The notes under the pieces: model-generated | Seen by the model: the letters and a program-made list of their open reading frames with translations, nothing else | Database searches by the model: none | Told to the model about the DNA's origin: nothing | Source: Spirochaetota bacterium | Lineage (GTDB): Bacteria; Spirochaetota; UBA4802; UBA5550 | Reading direction: 5' to 3' | Assembly: GCA_050298055.1 (NCBI GenBank) | Contig: JBNKTL010000014.1 | Span: 1 to 10,780 of the forward strand | DNA: 10,780 bases | Shown here: one piece after another, positions 6,959 through 10,780 of the stretch | Layout: each line of letters opens with the position of its first letter | How positions within the stretch are numbered: the stretch's first letter is position 1 | Translations under genes and position numbers: made by a program

Positions 6959-9367
6959 TCAAATACGGAGTCTCACAACAGTTACGCCGTCCGAACCCTC
7001 CCCATGCTCTCCCGGTCTGAAATCTTCCGCGTAGAGGGAATTCCTGAGGCTGCTCCTCACTGCTTCCTTGAGGGCGCCCGTACCGTGTCCATGGATAACG
7101 ATGGCTGTATCGATCCCGTTCCTGATCATACTGTCGAAACCTGATTCCATCGCGGGAAGGGCTTCATCGACGGTCTTGCCCCTGAGGTCAATGGTGTTAT
7201 AGCTTGTCTGGATGACCGAAGAGACTTTTTCACTTCCGGCTTCGGTTTTTTTTATGGCCGGGGCCGGTTGTTTCTTCTTCCCGGTTTTTTCTTTTTCAGA
7301 GGGATTGAATAAAAGTTCACTGAGCCGGAACCTCGACTTTACCGGGCCTCCCAGGTGGACCCGGACTGTCTCCCCCGAAGCGTCAATGCTTTCGATGGTC
7401 CCGGTCTTCTCCAGGGCCGGTACAAAGACCTTCATCCCGGCCGTTATTTCATTCTTTTCAAGGGGCCTGAACGTGTCCCGGTGTTTCTCCCGGCTTATCT
7501 CCTCTATTGTGCCCGATACACTCTCCTGCAGCTCAATAATCTCCTTCTGGATCTCTCCCGCGTCCTTCATCCCTCCCTGCCGGAGCTCCGATATCCTTTG
7601 GGAAACTTTTTTCCTGAACTCTCCCAGTTCATCAAGAAATTTCAGGCCCCGCTCAACCTTGAGTTCATCGGCCCGGAGCTTCAGCTCTGTTTCCCTCCCG
7701 GACAGCTTCTCCCTCTCAACCTCAAGTCTCTTTTTTTCCTCCAGTATCTTCAGCCTCTCCTCCTCATGCTCCTGTCTTATCCTCTGCAGGTCCTCAAGGA
7801 TCCCCTCGGTGCTCTGTTCCCTTTCGTCAAGGAGTTCCCGGGCGCGGCCGATGACCTTTTCGGGCAGCCCGTAGTCGCCGGCTATCTCCACCGCGTAGCT
7901 TATCCCGGGGATCCCGGGTATATACCTGTAGGTGGGCCTGTAAGTATCGAGGTCGAAGGAGACCGACCCGTTAGTGAACCGGGGGTCTGCCGTGGCAATC
8001 TCCTTCAGCTCGGAGTAATGGGTCGTCACCGCCATCCTGCATCCCGTATCAGCCAGCTCTTCGATAAAGGCCCGTGCCAGGGCCGCCCCCTGTCCGGGGT
8101 TTGTCCCGGCGATTATTTCATCGATGAGGACAAGGGTCGTTTCATCGGCGTCACGAAGCATCCTTGAGAGCTCCACGATCTGGCCGGAGAAGGTTGAGAG
8201 GGACTGGTTGAGGTTCTGGTCATCGCCGATATCGGCCAGGACCTTCCCGAATATTCCCGCGGTTGAGCTGCTGTCCGCGGATATATGGAGCCCGAAGAGT
8301 GTCATGACCGCGGCAAGTCCCAGGGTTTTCAGGAGCACGGTTTTTCCTCCGGTATTTGCCCCGGAGATGATCAGGGAGCTGAAGTCATCCCCTATCTCTA
8401 TATCGTTGGCAACCACCTCTTCGGGGTTCATGAGGGAGAGGAGGGGGTGCCGGGCGTCCTTAAGTTTGAGGAGGGGCTTTCCCGTTATCTCCGGTTCATT
8501 TCCCCCGGTTGCGATGCTCAGCTTTGCCGAAGCGGTGAGAAAATCAAGAAAGGCAATCACCCCCATGTTGTTCCGTATCTCCTCCGAATGGTCGGCCACG
8601 CTTTCGGTGAGCTGCCGGAGGATCCGGTAGACCACCTCCCGGTATTCCAGTTCCAGGGAGATGATCCTGTTGTTGAGGTCCCTGACCTCGTCCGGTTCCA
8701 TGTATGTTGTGGCCCCGCTGGCGGACATATCGTTCACAGTCCCCCTGACCTGGTGCTTCAGGCCGGTCTTGACCAGGAGGAGATAGCGCTGGTTCCGGGT
8801 TGTGAAGATGTTTTCCTGCAGCGCCTTTCCCTTTGAATAGGTGCCGATGAGCTTTCTCAGGAGTTTTTCCGCCTCTTTTTTTCGCGAGAAGATCTCGTCC
8901 TCTATCTTTCTCAGTTCGGGATACTTTTTCCTGTTGAGTTCGGACTTTTCCGTTATGGACCCGGCCAAAAGATCGGATATCTCCCTGAGCGGGTGGAGCC
9001 TGTTATACTCTTCTTCAAGAGAGGGAAACTCTTCCCGCCTCTCATGCAGGAAGCCCCTGATCTTTCCGGAACAGAGGAGAGAACTCCTCACCAGGGAGAG
9101 TTCTTTCAGGTCAAGGACCGAGCCTTTTTCGGCCCTTGCCAGGGATTCTTCAATATCTTCCATTCCGGAAAAATTGAGAAGTTCTTTTATGAGGATGAGC
9201 TCTTTCAGGGACGAAATTTTTTTCAGCTGTTTCCTGATAGCTTCCTCCCCCAGGGGAGTCATCTCCCGGACATATTCCGCGCCCTGGGGGGTCTTCAGGT
9301 ACGATGAAAGTTTTTCTATGATTAAAGGCCATTCAAGAAGTTCAAGGACCCTTTGAGATAATGTCAT
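6959..9367 (-). CDS. mutS2: MutS2 family ATPase/endonuclease with KOW-like and Smr domains
   Basis: SASGATTYMEP, ARHPLL, Walker A GANTGGKT, DIGDDQ..QSLSTFS, Walker B LIDEIIAGT, TTHY, a coiled coil, and the Smr domain IDLRG...IHGHGTGALK. Confidence 0.97.
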   Translation of the reverse strand: MTLSQRVLELLEWPLIIEKLSSYLKTPQGAEYVREMTPLGEEAIRKQLKKISSLKELILIKELLNFSGMEDIEESLARAEKGSVLDLKELSLVRSSLLCSGKIRGFLHERREEFPSLEEEYNRLHPLREISDLLAGSITEKSELNRKKYPELRKIEDEIFSRKKEAEKLLRKLIGTYSKGKALQENIFTTRNQRYLLLVKTGLKHQVRGTVNDMSASGATTYMEPDEVRDLNNRIISLELEYREVVYRILRQLTESVADHSEEIRNNMGVIAFLDFLTASAKLSIATGGNEPEITGKPLLKLKDARHPLLSLMNPEEVVANDIEIGDDFSSLIISGANTGGKTVLLKTLGLAAVMTLFGLHISADSSSTAGIFGKVLADIGDDQNLNQSLSTFSGQIVELSRMLRDADETTLVLIDEIIAGTNPGQGAALARAFIEELADTGCRMAVTTHYSELKEIATADPRFTNGSVSFDLDTYRPTYRYIPGIPGISYAVEIAGDYGLPEKVIGRARELLDEREQSTEGILEDLQRIRQEHEEERLKILEEKKRLEVEREKLSGRETELKLRADELKVERGLKFLDELGEFRKKVSQRISELRQGGMKDAGEIQKEIIELQESVSGTIEEISREKHRDTFRPLEKNEITAGMKVFVPALEKTGTIESIDASGETVRVHLGGPVKSRFRLSELLFNPSEKEKTGKKKQPAPAIKKTEAGSEKVSSVIQTSYNTIDLRGKTVDEALPAMESGFDSMIRNGIDTAIVIHGHGTGALKEAVRSSLRNSLYAEDFRPGEHGEGSDGVTVVRLRI

Positions 9368-9391
9368 CTTTTCTTTCCGTTGTTTATATCA

Positions 9392-9429
9392 ATTTATCTA
9401 CAGATAAATAATGGGTCAGCTTTTGTCAA
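9392..9429 (-). promoter_or_regulatory. Candidate mutS2 promoter with an overlapping palindrome
   Basis: Perfect TTGACA on the minus strand (9429-9424). The -10 at 17 bp is weak (TATCTG) and lies within the inverted repeat ATTTATCT-AC-AGATAAAT (9392-9409). Confidence 0.45.
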
Positions 9430-9490
9430 GTGTTCGGTTTGGATTTATTATTGAGCTCTATAAGGGCGTGAATTAAATTCCGGGAAATTA

Positions 9491-9499
9491 TGGTATAAA
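9491..9499 (+). promoter_or_regulatory. Candidate extended -10 promoter for the 9594 gene
   Basis: TG-G-TATAAA; no convincing -35. Confidence 0.35.
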
Positions 9500-9593
9500 C
9501 GGACTTTTTGTAAAAAAGTTTTAATTAATCCCACTCCTCAATCGTATTAATGTTCGGGAAGAACAGCCCTTTCCCGCATTTTTCAATGAGAGG

Positions 9594-10049
9594 ATGGATA
9601 ATATGAGAACGACTATTAATGTAGACACATTACTGATCTTAAAGTTGAGGGAAGCCATGGCTGAAGTTGATCTGACAAAGGATGAACTGATCGAACTGTT
9701 AATATTACGGATCATTAAGGAAAACCGTTTTGTTCCTCAACCCTGTAAAACAGTGAAGTACCAGGGTAGCGGATCAGATACAGTTTGGAAAATTGAACAT
9801 ATCAACCTGGAACCTGTTTTCTATGAGAAGGCACTTGATTTAAGAAGACATTTTAAGTTTTCCGTTTCGTGGTTTATTGCTTTTGCTATTTTTAATTATC
9901 TTGATGAATTAGTAAAGGATTTGAGTAATTCAGGAAATCGTGAAAAAATTCTGGATAACTATGTGAAAGATTATGTTTATATTTCTAAAATGGTAGGTGG
10001 TATGCGTGTATTTATCACAATGATGAAAACACAAAGCAAAAAAACCTGA
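9594..10049 (+). CDS. Hypothetical protein, predicted tandem ribbon-helix-helix DNA-binding protein (reminiscent of spirochaete DUF1564-like proteins)
   Basis: A 151-aa ORF in AT-rich DNA. It has two strand-helix-helix patterns, RTTINV-(LLILKLREAMAEV)-(TKDELIELLILRII) and IEHINL-(PVFYEKALDLRRHF)-(SVSWFIAFAIFNYL), joined by a VKYQ linker. The start could be 9594 or 9603. Confidence 0.7.
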   Translation: MDNMRTTINVDTLLILKLREAMAEVDLTKDELIELLILRIIKENRFVPQPCKTVKYQGSGSDTVWKIEHINLEPVFYEKALDLRRHFKFSVSWFIAFAIFNYLDELVKDLSNSGNREKILDNYVKDYVYISKMVGGMRVFITMMKTQSKKT

Positions 10050-10196
10050 AAAACCCCTGAGAAAACCAAATAACGCGAAATATTTATTAAAGCAAAGCAT
10101 CCGGTTCCCGTCCCGGATTTTCAATCACGCCCGCTCCAGAAAACTAAAAATTAGTTCATATAATAACTTACAATTTTAAAATCTTCATCCCCTCTT

Positions 10197-10220
10197 CTCT
10201 GTGTCTCTGTGCCTCTGTGG
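10197..10220. repeat. Tandem octamer CTCTGTGN x3
   Basis: CTCTGTGT CTCTGTGC CTCTGTGG, 11 nt past the histidine kinase stop codon. Confidence 0.85.
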
Positions 10221-10231
10221 CAAATCTTTCT

Positions 10232-10780
10232 TTAATCCCCCGGCTTCAGCCATATACTCACCGTGGTCCCTGAATTCTCCGGGTCATCATTTTCATCAAC
10301 AGACTCCACCTCCAGGGAACCGCCGTAAATCTCTACGAACTTCCTGACCAGGGGCATGCCGAAACCGGTCCCTTCTTCGTTGTCTGTCCCCGGCCGGTTT
10401 GTGGTGTGGCTCAGGCTGAAGATATTCCGGAGTATGACCCCGGGCATCCCGGTCCCCCGGTCCCGGATTTTTATGAGAACGTCGGGACCGGTCTTTTCCG
10501 CGCTTATGCTCACAGGAGACCCGTTGTGGGAGAACTTGATGGCATTGGTCAGAATATTGATGATAACAGAGTTGATAAATGATACCTGTTCGGTGAGGAC
10601 CGAGAGTTCCCGGTCAATGGAGGTTTCTACAATGATATTTTTCCTGTCTAATTTATGTTTCAGTATGGTTAATGATATCTCCACGGCTTCATGGAGGTTA
10701 ATGCCTGTAAGCTCAATTTTTTTTCCTTCAAGCGCCATCATATTTCTTATGAGGTCAATGACGTTGAGGCTGTTATCAGC
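10232..10780 (-). CDS. Sensor histidine kinase, C-terminal HATPase_c domain (5' end outside window)
   Basis: N box NILTNAIKFS, G1 DRGTGM, F box IFS and G2 GTGFGM. The frame is open to the window edge (ADNSLNVIDLIRN-MMALEG...). Confidence 0.95.
   Translation of the reverse strand, partial: ADNSLNVIDLIRNMMALEGKKIELTGINLHEAVEISLTILKHKLDRKNIIVETSIDRELSVLTEQVSFINSVIINILTNAIKFSHNGSPVSISAEKTGPDVLIKIRDRGTGMPGVILRNIFSLSHTTNRPGTDNEEGTGFGMPLVRKFVEIYGGSLEVESVDENDDPENSGTTVSIWLKPGD

Noticed and set aside
6914..9356. Plus-strand ORFs of 76-270 aa opposite mutS2
   Set aside because: Ser/Phe/Leu-rich mirrors of the Glu/Lys-rich mutS2 codons.
10099..10122. Hairpin ATCCGG-N8-CCGGAT followed by TTT as terminator of the 9594 gene
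   Set aside because: The 6-bp stem, large loop and short U-tract are too weak to call.
1..10780. CRISPR array, tRNA or rRNA genes
   Set aside because: No regularly spaced repeats with unique spacers, and no cloverleaf or rRNA signatures in any intergenic region.

Overview
Bacterial chromosomal window, mostly GC-rich coding sequence with AT-richer patches. From left to right: (1) the 3' end of an IS66-family transposase with its right terminal inverted repeat; (2) a sigma70-promoted two-gene operon encoding a class I SAM methyltransferase and an overlapping zinc-ribbon Nudix hydrolase fused to a helical RsbRD_N/globin-like domain; (3) a convergent icmF (fused B12-dependent isobutyryl-CoA mutase/G-protein chaperone); (4) a REP-like long inverted repeat; (5) a probably exported MORN-repeat protein divergent from an atypical stand-alone receiver protein; (6) mutS2, divergent from an AT-rich gene predicted to encode a tandem ribbon-helix-helix protein, with operator-like palindromes between them; (7) a CTCTGTGN x3 repeat; (8) the C-terminal HATPase part of a sensor histidine kinase running off the window. 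The best candidates for undescribed biology are the methyltransferase/Nudix-sensor operon and the tandem-RHH/mutS2 divergon. Both functional interpretations are inference. All family assignments come from motif recognition by eye; no searches were run.
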